Virus record (IMG/VR): IMGVR_UViG_3300044708_000143
Location: 1-41,804 of that record
Length of the DNA stretch: 41,804 bases
DNA from: a virus
Lineage: Duplodnaviria > Caudoviricetes
Direction: 5' to 3' (one strand)
A program made the translations under genes and the position numbers. Below the pieces are notes generated by a model. That model ran no database searches. It was not told the DNA's origin and saw only the letters and a list, made by a program, of their open reading frames with translations. Positions 1 through 9,853 of the stretch are shown here, one piece after another; within the stretch, counting starts at the first letter, position 1, and each line of letters opens with the position of its first letter.

Positions 1-2478
1 CGTCCCGAGGCTCATCTTTACGTTCAGCGTGTTCACCTTGTCCCATGTCCAAGGGCTACGCGGCACTCCCAGAGCATTCGTCGCGTATCCAAAATTCAGC
101 GGTATCGCCGAATTGTCCACTGCATCGAAGTTGGCGTTATCGCTTGAGCGGAATATCACACCGCCCGGCCAGTCTTTGAGCACTGAAGTTAAGCCGCCGT
201 AAAGACCAGTGAGGCCGGGATTCGAATCCGAGTCGCGAAGCAGCGGAATATCAAAAAGGAACAAAAGCGTCGGAGCGTTCGTCAGCAGGGGCTGCGGCAC
301 GAATCCGGACCCAGCGCCACCGACGGCATTCGATAGATAATTGTCCTCGTTATCGCTTACGCCGTTGATGGTTACCGCAAAACCCTGGCCGAGAAGCGTG
401 TCGACCGCCCGCATCTTGAACGTCGCGCCCTTGTAAATGAATTGGATGACGTCGGTCGGGTCGAGCAGCATGTACAGCGCGCGCCACAAATTCAGCGTGT
501 AGCCAGACCGCTCAAGCCATCTGAGGAAAAGAGTTTTTTCCGAGACCTGGCGCGCGAAGGTTTTGTCCGTAGAAATGGCGAGTTCGATGGTTTCCTGTTG
601 CCTGGTTTTCACCACGCGCGAACTGCGTTGCTTCAACTGTTTCCCCTGCTGATAATCCATCGAGATGTCGTTATAGAGCACCGTGATTTCGCGGGGAAGA
701 TCTTGCGCCTGGCCGAGTTCTTCCGGATTGATTTTTGCCCCATCCGCCAGCAGGCCGAGGTCTTCCTCTGGAATCGTGATGGCGGCCGGCATACCTCGCG
801 GCACGAAGCGAATCGTTCCATCGGTTTCGCAAGCGTCGAAGAAATAGGCTTGAAAAAGTGTCTTCAGGATCTCCCCTGCGCTGGTCGGTCGGGTGATCGC
901 ATAGCCTTGAACTATGTCGTTCGGGAAAATGTTGCCGGAGGTCAGGAGCGAAACGTCGACCATGCTGGAATCAAGGCCGGCGCGCTCGCAAACATCTAGG
1001 ACGACCTCGCTGAGGCGATTCGTCGGCGTGCCGGTGACAGCAATGGAGACCTCGTGTGGAGCAAATAGGCTGTTGAAGCCCTGGTCACTGACGTCCTGCT
1101 GGAAGTCGCTCGGAGCGTGGAAGCATGCTGCCATCACATCCAGTCGCTCGCCGTTTTCGTCCAGGAAGGTGAACATTACAGCGGCCCAGAAATCTACGTT
1201 CGATACGACCGATAGGCTGGCGCCATCGTTCGAAACGCTCAAGGTGCCAGGGCCTCCGCTGGCCGACGAGTGCGTCTCCGAAACCGCCCCTCTGATCACA
1301 GCGGCGCAAAAACCGAAATCATAGTCAAACCCGCCTGCATTATCGAGCAAATTGATAAGGAGCGAGGTTGATGGGACTGGATTGGAGCATATCCAGACTG
1401 CTCGATTGTCGGAAACGACTATCGGAGTCCCCCAGTCATTCCCCGCATCGTCGCTGATGTTTGGCGCTCCTCCGCCATCCGGCCGGAATCTTCCGCAGGC
1501 GATCAAAAAGTCAGTAGACTCGATCGGTAGATTGAGAGATAGATATGGACTTCCCGGCCCTACGCCGTCCGTTTCAGCGGATTGCCAGATGACAGGACCG
1601 CTTCCCTTACCGAGCGAGACTTCCGCGCGTAGATTTGGAATTCGGTTGCCGAAATTGGCGAGTCTGAAATTTCTGATTGATACGCCTACCACTCCGCGAT
1701 TCGCTGGGGTGTTGTCGACTCCCTCACTCGCCTGAACCAACGGGTCGGGGAGTTGCGTTTGATTGCCGGGGTAGAACGTAAAATCGCCGTAGTACGCTGC
1801 AAGCGGCACCCAATAGTGATCGTTTCCGACGGTGTGGGCTGGCGCGGTCGTTGTCTGTATGTTCACATACAACTGGCCGTTGTCGATCACCACATCGCCA
1901 GGGTTGTAGGTTTGATCGATGTCCCAAGGCTGATAGCTGCCGAGGGCCATCCAGTATAGAATCCCGCCCGTCTGATCAGCAGTTTGTCCAGGCGTAACCC
2001 CGGTATTCTCTTGCTCGCAGGTGAAGACGCTCCCCGCAAAGCTCACAATGTCGCCGATGTTGTAGAGTGTGTCCGCTGACCACGCGGGGAAATTGTCGGG
2101 AGGATACTCCGAAGTCCCCGGCGTCGAATCATAAATCAGCTTCGAATCGCCCCACATCCGCAAAATAGTTCCGGGGCCTTCGCAGAATTCGAAATAGCAG
2201 TCTGAAAAGAAGAGGAATTGCGTTCCTCCGCCGCCGAAGTTCGATCCTCCTCCGCCGCCTGGGATGCCTGCCTCGGTAACTTTCAGGCCCCACGTCCACG
2301 TCAACGAACCGGCGACACGCACACGACCCCAGCCGAACGTGAGCGGCGAGCCTTCAATCGCCGCGGAAATCTGCAAATCGCCGACAGGAGGTTTCAGCTT
2401 CGGCCGATTCATCAGCCGGTAGATCGTGGAGCCGACTTCGATCGCCGCCGCGACTGCCACCACGACAAGCATTGCCAT
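1..2478 (-). CDS. GTA-like tail tip / host-specificity protein (Phage-tail_3, 'megatron' type), 3' end truncated by the window edge
   Basis: Not in the ORF track because it has no stop in the window. I translated it from ATG 2478: MAMLVVVAVAAAIEVGST..GSPLTFGWGRVRVAG..FCEGPG..TPANRG..LANFGNRIPN..DLPREITVLYND..DYQQGKQ. It is open to base 1 and follows the NlpC/P60 gene, as in GTA-type tail modules. Confidence 0.9.
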   Translation of the reverse strand, partial: MAMLVVVAVAAAIEVGSTIYRLMNRPKLKPPVGDLQISAAIEGSPLTFGWGRVRVAGSLTWTWGLKVTEAGIPGGGGGSNFGGGGTQFLFFSDCYFEFCEGPGTILRMWGDSKLIYDSTPGTSEYPPDNFPAWSADTLYNIGDIVSFAGSVFTCEQENTGVTPGQTADQTGGILYWMALGSYQPWDIDQTYNPGDVVIDNGQLYVNIQTTTAPAHTVGNDHYWVPLAAYYGDFTFYPGNQTQLPDPLVQASEGVDNTPANRGVVGVSIRNFRLANFGNRIPNLRAEVSLGKGSGPVIWQSAETDGVGPGSPYLSLNLPIESTDFLIACGRFRPDGGGAPNISDDAGNDWGTPIVVSDNRAVWICSNPVPSTSLLINLLDNAGGFDYDFGFCAAVIRGAVSETHSSASGGPGTLSVSNDGASLSVVSNVDFWAAVMFTFLDENGERLDVMAACFHAPSDFQQDVSDQGFNSLFAPHEVSIAVTGTPTNRLSEVVLDVCERAGLDSSMVDVSLLTSGNIFPNDIVQGYAITRPTSAGEILKTLFQAYFFDACETDGTIRFVPRGMPAAITIPEEDLGLLADGAKINPEELGQAQDLPREITVLYNDISMDYQQGKQLKQRSSRVVKTRQQETIELAISTDKTFARQVSEKTLFLRWLERSGYTLNLWRALYMLLDPTDVIQFIYKGATFKMRAVDTLLGQGFAVTINGVSDNEDNYLSNAVGGAGSGFVPQPLLTNAPTLLFLFDIPLLRDSDSNPGLTGLYGGLTSVLKDWPGGVIFRSSDNANFDAVDNSAIPLNFGYATNALGVPRSPWTWDKVNTLNVKMSLGT

Positions 2479-2480
2479 GG

Positions 2481-2927
2481 CTAGTCGTCCACTCCTGGAT
2501 ATGCGAAGACCCCAGCAATGCGCGAGCGCCAACGGGAATTGATAAGATGCTCGACGATTTTGCCGAGACCGCCGTCTGCGTGGATCATTCCCAAGCCCTG
2601 CTTGAGTTGCGAAACAACCGCCATATGGTGAACGAGGAACGGTGCGCGCACGGTAAGAATGTCTCCGGGAATCATCGCGCCGAGTTCTTTCTTGATGAAA
2701 ATCTTTTCCGCTTCCTCCTGCATGTAGTCCATGACCGGATACATTCCATAATCCCTATAATCGAAACGCCCGATCGGACGGCCGTCGCGGTAACGCAGCC
2801 CCAGGTCCTCGCCTACGCAGAGCACAATGCCCACGCAATCAAGGCCGCGACCTTTCACGCGCCCTTGCTGGTGGAAAGGCGTGCCAAAGTATTCGCGCGC
2901 CTTCTGGAAAATCAGGCTTCTATCCAA
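2481..2927 (-). CDS. NlpC/P60 family tail-associated peptidase
   Basis: AREYFGTPFHQQGRVKGRGLDCVG (catalytic Cys), HHMAV and MIHA; lies between the DUF2163-like and tail tip genes. Confidence 0.92.
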   Translation of the reverse strand: MDRSLIFQKAREYFGTPFHQQGRVKGRGLDCVGIVLCVGEDLGLRYRDGRPIGRFDYRDYGMYPVMDYMQEEAEKIFIKKELGAMIPGDILTVRAPFLVHHMAVVSQLKQGLGMIHADGGLGKIVEHLINSRWRSRIAGVFAYPGVDD

Positions 2928-3858
2928 GGCCGCTACCTGAGCCCGGTACGTTAAGGAATCGGTCCATGCCAGGGATGTATAATTCCGCCCGCATATTCAC
3001 GATGTTGTTGAATTTGTTTTTACAGTCGCCGCTGGTTTTGTTGCACCCGGGCTCAATGACGAAGGTATCGCCAGGAGCCGGCGCATAGGCCAGTGGAAGG
3101 AAGAACGTAAGCGTCTCTCCGTCCCAACTCTTGATTTCGAAACTGTAGCCGTTATTGGCGCCCGAAGTGAATGTGATCACTCCATCGTCAAACCATTTGG
3201 CCGGCGCTGGAGCGGTAGGAGTCGCCGACCCGACCATCAGAAGGCCACCGGAAGGAATAAAAGCGCGCGGGCTTGTAACACCAAAGACCGAGCCGTTTTG
3301 CTGATACTGCGTCACATCGACCATGCAGAGATACTTCGAATCCATGTCGATGCCGTTCATCCCGCTGCCGAATTCGGCACGGCAAACCGGACCGGTGCTT
3401 TCTCCCAGGATCGTCGTCAGTTTGTGCGTTAGGCCACGCAGTTCCGCCGTGAACTTGCCGTTGACCATCTTTACGATTCCGAGGGTTCCGCGGCGTATGA
3501 CGACGCTTCCCATGCCCAGGTCGGCCCAGTTCACCATGCGCACGACGATGTCGGCATCATCGTAAATGCCGGCGCGCAGGTCGCCTTCGGACAGAGACAT
3601 GGAATCGAACAAAAACCCCATAACTTCAAGGTTGTCGACGCTGAGGTCTGATTTGGAAGCCGCCGCGGAATTTGCGAAGCCAGTAGAGGCTTGATAGGTT
3701 ACGGGCCCGTCGCCAGCACCGTCGTCGAAGGTGATGTCGCGATCGAGGTTTGTGAAGCCGAGGATTGTGCCGTCGGTGCGCTTGACCTTCCACAAATATG
3801 CGAGGGTCATCGACCCACCGATAAGGTGAGCCTTCAACGCATCGGATGCGGTTTTCAT
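2920..3858 (-). CDS. DUF2163/BR0599 family baseplate hub protein
   Basis: WKVKRTDGTILGFT, DLSVDNLEV, CRAEFG and the C-terminal PGCNKTSGDCKNKFNNIVN Cys motif. Confidence 0.92.
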   Translation of the reverse strand: MKTASDALKAHLIGGSMTLAYLWKVKRTDGTILGFTNLDRDITFDDGAGDGPVTYQASTGFANSAAASKSDLSVDNLEVMGFLFDSMSLSEGDLRAGIYDDADIVVRMVNWADLGMGSVVIRRGTLGIVKMVNGKFTAELRGLTHKLTTILGESTGPVCRAEFGSGMNGIDMDSKYLCMVDVTQYQQNGSVFGVTSPRAFIPSGGLLMVGSATPTAPAPAKWFDDGVITFTSGANNGYSFEIKSWDGETLTFFLPLAYAPAPGDTFVIEPGCNKTSGDCKNKFNNIVNMRAELYIPGMDRFLNVPGSGSGLG

Positions 3859-3861
3859 GGA

Positions 3862-4506
3862 TCAGTAGTTAGGTGGAAGCACTTCAAGCAGCGGGACACC
3901 GCTCATGCTGATCAGTGGCTTGCCGCCCTTCACGTCCGATTCCTCAATCACGATCGGCAATTCATCCACGCCGAACCGCACCGGCACGTGGTACTCGAAA
4001 TCGACGGCCGTGCCCGGACCGACGCCGGTAACTATTCCAGTTGTAGGATCGACCTCGACCGGCGTCGTCGTGCCGGTTAGAAAAACCGTGTCGGGTAGGG
4101 CATTTCCCTGCCAGTCGGGCACTGCCGCGGTGATCGGCTTTGTGATGATCTTCACGTAGGAGCGGTCGGCAATATTTCGCGTCAGCGCGAGTTGCGTATT
4201 TTCGTTGTAGCTGACCAGCGGTTGATTGACTGCTTTGTGCGCAATGTGATCATAGAGCCTGAAGCTGTCCGCCTGTGCACCGACAACCTCGAAGAAAGCG
4301 ATCAGGAGGTCTATGAAGGCTTGCCGCGAGTCGCCGAACGGCGCAGGCGTTTGGATGGAGATTTCCCATTTCCCTCGGGAATCGATCCAGTTCTTATTGC
4401 GTGCTTCCTGTCCGGAGAGGCCCTGGTTGACGGTCGTGCTCCGCGTCGGGCCGCCCATCCGCTTATATCCCAAATAGCGCGGGAACTCGCACTCGAAGAA
4501 ACTCAC
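3862..4506 (-). CDS. DUF2460 family distal tail protein
   Basis: FFECEFP..GGP..T.V...SGQEARNKNW and DFEYHVPVRF; GTGA overlap with the tape measure stop. Confidence 0.88.
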   Translation of the reverse strand: MSFFECEFPRYLGYKRMGGPTRSTTVNQGLSGQEARNKNWIDSRGKWEISIQTPAPFGDSRQAFIDLLIAFFEVVGAQADSFRLYDHIAHKAVNQPLVSYNENTQLALTRNIADRSYVKIITKPITAAVPDWQGNALPDTVFLTGTTTPVEVDPTTGIVTGVGPGTAVDFEYHVPVRFGVDELPIVIEESDVKGGKPLISMSGVPLLEVLPPNY

Positions 4507-7500
4507 GAGCGGGTCCTCTGGTACGCGATCGCGGCCTGATGCTGAAGATGCGCGTTTATCTGAGGGCTGGATTTTTTAAAGGAATCGTGGTCGCGCACGT
4601 TGGGAAAATTGAGATGCATGTGAATGTGGTGCTGAGTGGTACCACCGACGCTAAGCGATGGAGCCACGGTTCCGGAGGTTCCAGGGACAAAGAATTCCGG
4701 ATGCTTTTCCCCTACGACGTATGCCTTGCCAGGTGTTACGTCGCCACCGCCGGCGAGGAAGCCGCCGAATGCTCCCAAAATGCCCATAAAGCTGCCCAGG
4801 CCACCGCCACCGCCGTCGGACTGCCCAGCGCCCGTAAAAGAAGAAAGCAGGCCGCCCAATCCGCCCGCGCCGCCGGCTTGGGTAGGATCCCCGACCCCGA
4901 TCACGTAGAAGGGATTCGACTGCGAGCCATCCGCCTTGCCAGTGCCCCCGCCACCGCCAAAGAGTCCTCCAAGCTTCCCGAGGGCACCGCCGACAACAGG
5001 AATCTTGCTGAGCAAGCCACCGACACCACTGTCGCCGCCCGCCGCACCTTGGCCGCCGTCCTTGCCGCCGCCTAATAGTTTGCCAAGGATCGAACTGAAA
5101 CCCTTTTGAATCCCCGCCTTGACGATTTCCTCTTCGAAACTCTGAAACAACTGCTTGAAGCCGCCCTTGCCGGTAACGATGAACTTCGCAAGGCTGGACG
5201 CCAGCCCATCGATCGCATGGCCGATAGACTGCGTCAGTTTCGCCCCGAAGTTTTGCCCGTCGAGGACCACTTGATTCATGGAGGCGCGGAACTTTTGCGC
5301 GAATGTGCCGTTCTTCAGTGCAGCCTCATCCCACTGCTCGATCAATCTGCGCTGCGCGTCATATTCCGCAGCGTCGAGCAGGAGAGTCGAACTGTGCTTT
5401 TCTTCCAGTTTCCCGCGGACGATTTCGAGCCATTTCACTTCTTCCTGATAGCTATGGAGCAGGTCGTACTTCGCCGCCTGCTCGGAAACAGAATTCTTGA
5501 AAGACTGGTCGGATTTTTGCTGTTCGAGTTGCCTGGTCCGGTTGACTTGATCTTCATCGGCGAGCGGATTCGCGCTGCGGAATTGCGCCACGCGGAGCTC
5601 GACCTGCGCGGCCCTCGCGGCCTCCGCCGTGTCGAAATAGGCTTCGCCAATTGCGCGCAGGGCTGGCAGTTCGTTCTCAAAAGCCGTCGTCGCCTTGCTG
5701 ATTTCCAGGTTGAGGTCGGCATGTACCTTCGCCGCATAGTCCACTTTGGCGGCGTCGAGTTCCTTCGATGCGAGCGCGTACCCGTCGGCGAGTTGCTTGA
5801 CGCCTGCGTCCTCTTCGCCGAGTTTTGCGGCAAGCTGGTCGTGCGCTTCCTTGAGTACCCGGACCTTGGCGGCTTGGTCGGCAAAGTGCGCGGAGATAAG
5901 CGCTGAAGCTACGTCGCCCGCATTGTAAGCCTCGGCCAGGGCTGCAGCGGCAGACGTTTCCTCTTGCAGTTTTAGGTGCTGCTTATCCAGATCCGAAACG
6001 ACGCTCTTGATTGCAGAGCCGTATACCTGAGCAGCCGCCGCGCCTTCGATGAACTGCTTGTTAGCGGTGACAAGCGCGAGGTCGGTTGCGCGTTTATGTG
6101 GGTCTTTTTCGTGGGCCGCGGTGTCGCTCAGTTTTTCAAATTCTTCGGTGCCCTTCTTCGTCGCATCGGCAATTAGCTGCTGTGCTTGGCTCCCGGCCTG
6201 TCCAAGTGCGCGCCACTCATCGACCTCAGTTCCCAATGCCTTTAGGCGTTCCTTGATTCTCGCAAGAATGCTGTCGCCTGGTTCTGGCTTGGCCGTGTCG
6301 TCAAAGCCGCCCTTGTCCTTATCTCCCTTGTGAGAAAGCGTCCAAGGCGCGCGCGGGCCGGTGATGTTCTCGACGAATTCGCTATTCTTTTTCCAGAGGT
6401 CTTCCTTGTCCTTGCCGTATTTCTCCCAAATGGCATGGAGTTTATTTGATCCGTCCTGCGAAGCCTTTACGGCATCGCCGATGGATGCCTGTGGATTAAA
6501 GATGCCAGCGGCGGCCTTGCCGACCACTTCTCTGGTGGATTCGCCGAACTGCTTCGCATCGGCGTTGACGGCATCGAGCCACATCCCCGCATTCCGCGCC
6601 ATCGTCATTAACTCGAAAAGGTGGGCGACGGTGGACTTTACAAGGTTTGCGATTCTTTCGACGAAAGCATTTATCGCTGGTTGGTTGTTCTCAAAGGCCT
6701 TGATGATCTCGTCGGCTACTAACTGCAATGTGGGCAGGAGCTGTTCCGTCAGTTTCAGCGCGACGCCTTCCCCGGCCGCTTTCATTACGTTCATGGACTG
6801 AACGAAATGCGTGGAGGCTTCTGCGAATTCCGGACCGATTACGAGGCCGAGTTTCTTCGCGGTTTCCTGCGCTTCATTCATTTCCTCGGGGTCGAACTTC
6901 AGAACCTCGCCGCCGCCCTTGCCGAATATCTGGCGCGCGAAGCCGACGGCGGCGGTTCGGCTCTTCAGCCCGTCCAGTTTCTCGATGACTTCACCGAAGA
7001 ACTGGCCAGCATCCTTGAGCTGTCCGTTGTTGTCTTTGACCGATAGGCCGAGCCTGCTGAATGCATTGACCGTGCCAGGCGCAGCTACAGAAGCCTTCAG
7101 CATTTCGGCGCTTAGTTTGCCGAGGCTCTTGGTAAGGACTTCTTGGGGCACGTCCGCCTGCTTGGCAGCAAAAGCGAGAGCGGAGTACGTAGAAATAGAG
7201 ACGCCGGCCATCCTGGCCTGGTCGGCCATCTCGCGGACTGACTCGGCCGTATGAATTGCCAGACCGATCGCCGCCGCTGATACTCCGGCGATTGCCGCTG
7301 CGGCGACGCCCGCACCGACGGCGAGCACGGACATGCCGCCGCCGAGCTCGGCAAATTGTGCCGATGCCTTCCCTGCCAGGTTTCCGACGAGGACGAAGGT
7401 TTCGCCGATTTCCCGGCCAATTTCGCCAAACGGAGCGAGCGCGGATCCGGCGAATTCGCCAACCTTGGAGAAGGCCTCGGTCGTCTCTGAGGCAAAGCGC

Positions 7501-7592
7501 TTCGCATGAGACGATGCGGCGTTCAGCTCAGAGACGAAATGCGCCGCGTTTGCCTTCAGATCGACTACGACTGTGCCGAGCGTATTCGCCAT
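4503..7592 (-). CDS. Tail tape measure protein
   Basis: 1029 aa, Ala/Gly-rich and helical; N-terminal LGTVVVDLKAN; C-terminal LAGGGDVTPGKAYVVGEKHPEFFVP. Confidence 0.93.
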   Translation of the reverse strand: MANTLGTVVVDLKANAAHFVSELNAASSHAKRFASETTEAFSKVGEFAGSALAPFGEIGREIGETFVLVGNLAGKASAQFAELGGGMSVLAVGAGVAAAAIAGVSAAAIGLAIHTAESVREMADQARMAGVSISTYSALAFAAKQADVPQEVLTKSLGKLSAEMLKASVAAPGTVNAFSRLGLSVKDNNGQLKDAGQFFGEVIEKLDGLKSRTAAVGFARQIFGKGGGEVLKFDPEEMNEAQETAKKLGLVIGPEFAEASTHFVQSMNVMKAAGEGVALKLTEQLLPTLQLVADEIIKAFENNQPAINAFVERIANLVKSTVAHLFELMTMARNAGMWLDAVNADAKQFGESTREVVGKAAAGIFNPQASIGDAVKASQDGSNKLHAIWEKYGKDKEDLWKKNSEFVENITGPRAPWTLSHKGDKDKGGFDDTAKPEPGDSILARIKERLKALGTEVDEWRALGQAGSQAQQLIADATKKGTEEFEKLSDTAAHEKDPHKRATDLALVTANKQFIEGAAAAQVYGSAIKSVVSDLDKQHLKLQEETSAAAALAEAYNAGDVASALISAHFADQAAKVRVLKEAHDQLAAKLGEEDAGVKQLADGYALASKELDAAKVDYAAKVHADLNLEISKATTAFENELPALRAIGEAYFDTAEAARAAQVELRVAQFRSANPLADEDQVNRTRQLEQQKSDQSFKNSVSEQAAKYDLLHSYQEEVKWLEIVRGKLEEKHSSTLLLDAAEYDAQRRLIEQWDEAALKNGTFAQKFRASMNQVVLDGQNFGAKLTQSIGHAIDGLASSLAKFIVTGKGGFKQLFQSFEEEIVKAGIQKGFSSILGKLLGGGKDGGQGAAGGDSGVGGLLSKIPVVGGALGKLGGLFGGGGGTGKADGSQSNPFYVIGVGDPTQAGGAGGLGGLLSSFTGAGQSDGGGGGLGSFMGILGAFGGFLAGGGDVTPGKAYVVGEKHPEFFVPGTSGTVAPSLSVGGTTQHHIHMHLNFPNVRDHDSFKKSSPQINAHLQHQAAIAYQRTRS

Positions 7593-7985
7593 TTAGTTCG
7601 GTCTGCCTCTGCTTGGTCCTGAGCCGAAAAGTTTTGCCATTGCCGCTATTCTTTGCTCGTCTGTCTGTTCTTCCTCGCGTCGTTTCACGTAGGCTGGGAC
7701 ATAGTCCACAGGGTCAATCGGTTCGTCGTCGGAACTGCGCACCAGGTTCCTGACCGTGGCTGCGAGTATCCCGGTCTGGTAGCGCTGGAAATTCTGTTCT
7801 TCCATGCGGCGCTCAAGCATGGCTTCGTAAATCGCTTCGGTTAAGTGGCCGAATTCGTCTTCGCTAACTCCGAGGTCGATTCGGGCGATGGCATAGGTTC
7901 CGACCCAGTCGAACTCTCCGGCTGCGGATCGGCCGCCGCCGGACTTGGAGGGTCCAGCGCTTTTGACGCGGCCTCCGCATTCTTC
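7593..7985 (-). CDS. Tail assembly chaperone, frameshifted C-terminal part (gpT-like)
   Basis: The -1 frame relative to the upstream chaperone is open from 7985 to 7593 and reads FDWVGTYAIARIDLGVSEDEFGHLTEAIYEAMLERR. The track ORF 7593..7820 is only its distal part. Confidence 0.75.
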   Translation of the reverse strand, partial: EECGGRVKSAGPSKSGGGRSAAGEFDWVGTYAIARIDLGVSEDEFGHLTEAIYEAMLERRMEEQNFQRYQTGILAATVRNLVRSSDDEPIDPVDYVPAYVKRREEEQTDEQRIAAMAKLFGSGPSRGRPN

Positions 7986-8395
7986 TTAATCTCTGCCTCT
8001 GCCTTCAGCTTCAGGTCCTGCATGAAGTCACGCTTTTTCGGCGGAACGTTCAGCAGGTAGGCGTCCCAGCAAGCCGTCATAACGGCGTCAGAATTGTGCT
8101 CGCTCATATAGGAGCGAATGATTTCCAGGCCTTCGTCGTTGTTGTATTCCGGATGGCGCCCGATGATCCCCGCCCAAAAAAGAGCACCTAGAAAAATTGG
8201 CTCCGCGATATGACGCCAGGCCCCAAGCTCCATTAAGTTGATGCCCGCGGGATACCTCTTGCAAACAGTCTTTTCCTGCAGCGCCGCGGCGGCGTTGAAG
8301 TCATAGGTCAAGTCGAATGAAAACTCGCCTTCGCCTGGAACTTTGAGCGTGAACTCAAGCGCCGGAACCTTCCTCTTCTGTAGGGCCGTGGCCAT
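7841..8395 (-). CDS. Tail assembly chaperone (gpG-like)
   Basis: Lies between the tail tube and tape measure genes; GGAGG RBS; LTYDFNA motif. Confidence 0.78.
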   Translation of the reverse strand: MATALQKRKVPALEFTLKVPGEGEFSFDLTYDFNAAAALQEKTVCKRYPAGINLMELGAWRHIAEPIFLGALFWAGIIGRHPEYNNDEGLEIIRSYMSEHNSDAVMTACWDAYLLNVPPKKRDFMQDLKLKAEAEIKKNAEAASKALDPPSPAAADPQPESSTGSEPMPSPESTSELAKTNSAT

Positions 8396-8415
8396 CTGAA
8401 AAGCCTCCTATAAAT

Positions 8416-8445
8416 AAAAAAGGCGAGCCGATGAATCGACCCGCC
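8416..8445 (-). terminator. Intrinsic terminator after the major tail gene
   Basis: Minus strand GGCGGGTCGAT-TC-ATCGGCTCGCC followed by TTTTTT. Confidence 0.8.
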
Positions 8446-8468
8446 CGAATTGCGTCCAATGAAGCGAA

Positions 8469-8903
8469 TTAAGAGCCCGGGGTGAAAGTTACCGGACCTG
8501 TGACTTGCAACTTGATCGACTTCGTTGCAGCCTTGCTGAAATCCAGGGTGATGTCCTCGCTCTCAACATAGGCATTGAATGTCCAAGCCCCGGCGCCGGC
8601 ATTGTCCGGCAAGAGCACCTTCCACGGACTCAAGACCTGATCGTTATAGTCGGCGAGAAGGGTTGCCTGGGTCGCGTCGTTCGGGACATAGTTGATTTCA
8701 AAATCCCATGTGCCAGGCGTCTTGATCGTGGGCAGCATTTCCTCGTCAGATCCGCTGTCCATGTTCGTCACGTTGTCAAACCCGGACTTCGCTCCAGTGC
8801 GGGTGATCTTCCGCACTTCGGCAAGAGTCGTGTACCCTGTCGGGGCGTCAGGGTTCGTTCCGCGTTGCAACTGCGTTCCCCGAGGGCATACTGCGTTGCT
8901 CAT
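8469..8903 (-). CDS. Major tail tube protein
   Basis: GTQLQRG..LAEVRKI..DNVTNMDS..PTIKTPG.WDFEINY..WTFNAYV..LQVTG; AAGGAG RBS. Confidence 0.88.
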   Translation of the reverse strand: MSNAVCPRGTQLQRGTNPDAPTGYTTLAEVRKITRTGAKSGFDNVTNMDSGSDEEMLPTIKTPGTWDFEINYVPNDATQATLLADYNDQVLSPWKVLLPDNAGAGAWTFNAYVESEDITLDFSKAATKSIKLQVTGPVTFTPGS

Positions 8904-8956
8904 ATTCGTCTCCTTTTAGTGTTCGAAACTTTCCCAGGGGAACCCCCGGAAAACTT

Positions 8957-9364
8957 TTACGTGCCGCTGTCCTGGTACGTGATCTTGAAATCGATCGCTG
9001 TGCAGTACACGAGCGGCGCATCTTCAAAAAGGTCGGTCTCGCTCTCGCGCTGCATGTGCTCTATGACCGTGCCGTCGTTCAGTTGGCCGGTGAAGGCCTC
9101 GAGCTCGGCGCGCAGCGTGCGTGCCACGCGCTTCGCATCCCTATAAAGCTTCCCGTAGCACGAAAATTGCATCCGTGAATGCTGCAACTGGTCCGGGCCG
9201 TCCATTGAGAATTCGCCGTCGCCATGAACCTCGCGATACACGATGGCCGGAAGGTCGGTCGGCGCCTTCAGCTCCGGGAGCTGGCCCGCATACGTGTGGT
9301 CCCCGACCAGCGCAGAGATCGGCCCGTTGCCCGCCAGGAAGCTTTGCAGTCCTTCGACGAGCAT
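8957..9364 (-). CDS. Tail terminator / completion protein (DUF3168-like)
   Basis: ISALVGDHTY..LP..PAIVY..RMQFSCYG; position after the gp10-like gene. Confidence 0.82.
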   Translation of the reverse strand: MLVEGLQSFLAGNGPISALVGDHTYAGQLPELKAPTDLPAIVYREVHGDGEFSMDGPDQLQHSRMQFSCYGKLYRDAKRVARTLRAELEAFTGQLNDGTVIEHMQRESETDLFEDAPLVYCTAIDFKITYQDSGT

Positions 9365-9853
9365 TTATTGAAGGTGTATCCCTTCTTCCTCTAGCGCTTG
9401 CTTCAAATCTTCCTTGAACTTCTCGAGTACTGCCTGCTTCTTGGTTTCGAAAGCCTTCCGCGCAAATGCGAATTTGGTGGGCATCTTGCCTGTTGTCGCG
9501 CCAGAGCGTTTGCCACCGGTCTTTTTGCCTCGGAACCGGACGGCAGTGCCAAATTCGACGAAACGAGCCCAAAAAACCTTCTTTGGAACGCCTACGGTGG
9601 CCGTTCCCTCGAGGTCCGAGGTCACCTTCAGGCGCATTCCGATGGTTTTGGCGATCACGCCGAACAGGTCAAAGCCGCCCTTGAAATGGTGCGGCCCCTG
9701 CCGCACGCGCGCTTTCATCTCGTCGACCCAAATCTGCGCCGCCACGCGCAGCGACCGACGCATGATCTTGCGCGAGGCCTTGATGGGCAGGTGCTCGAGC
9801 TTTTCCTGCAATTCCTCAAGTCCGGTGATTTTTACGTCGACGACCTTCGTCAT
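9365..9853 (-). CDS. HK97 gp10-like morphogenesis protein
   Basis: VKITGLEELQEKLEHL and FWARFVEFGT..KMP. Confidence 0.88.
   Translation of the reverse strand: MTKVVDVKITGLEELQEKLEHLPIKASRKIMRRSLRVAAQIWVDEMKARVRQGPHHFKGGFDLFGVIAKTIGMRLKVTSDLEGTATVGVPKKVFWARFVEFGTAVRFRGKKTGGKRSGATTGKMPTKFAFARKAFETKKQAVLEKFKEDLKQALEEEGIHLQ

Noticed and set aside
442-2484. Plus-strand ORFs at the left end
   Set aside because: They lie opposite the truncated tail tip gene, which the track missed because it has no stop in the window.
1-4506. Gene transfer agent
   Set aside because: The tail tip is GTA-like, but the integrase, replication genes, HNH/cos packaging and a 1029-aa tape measure indicate a true temperate phage.
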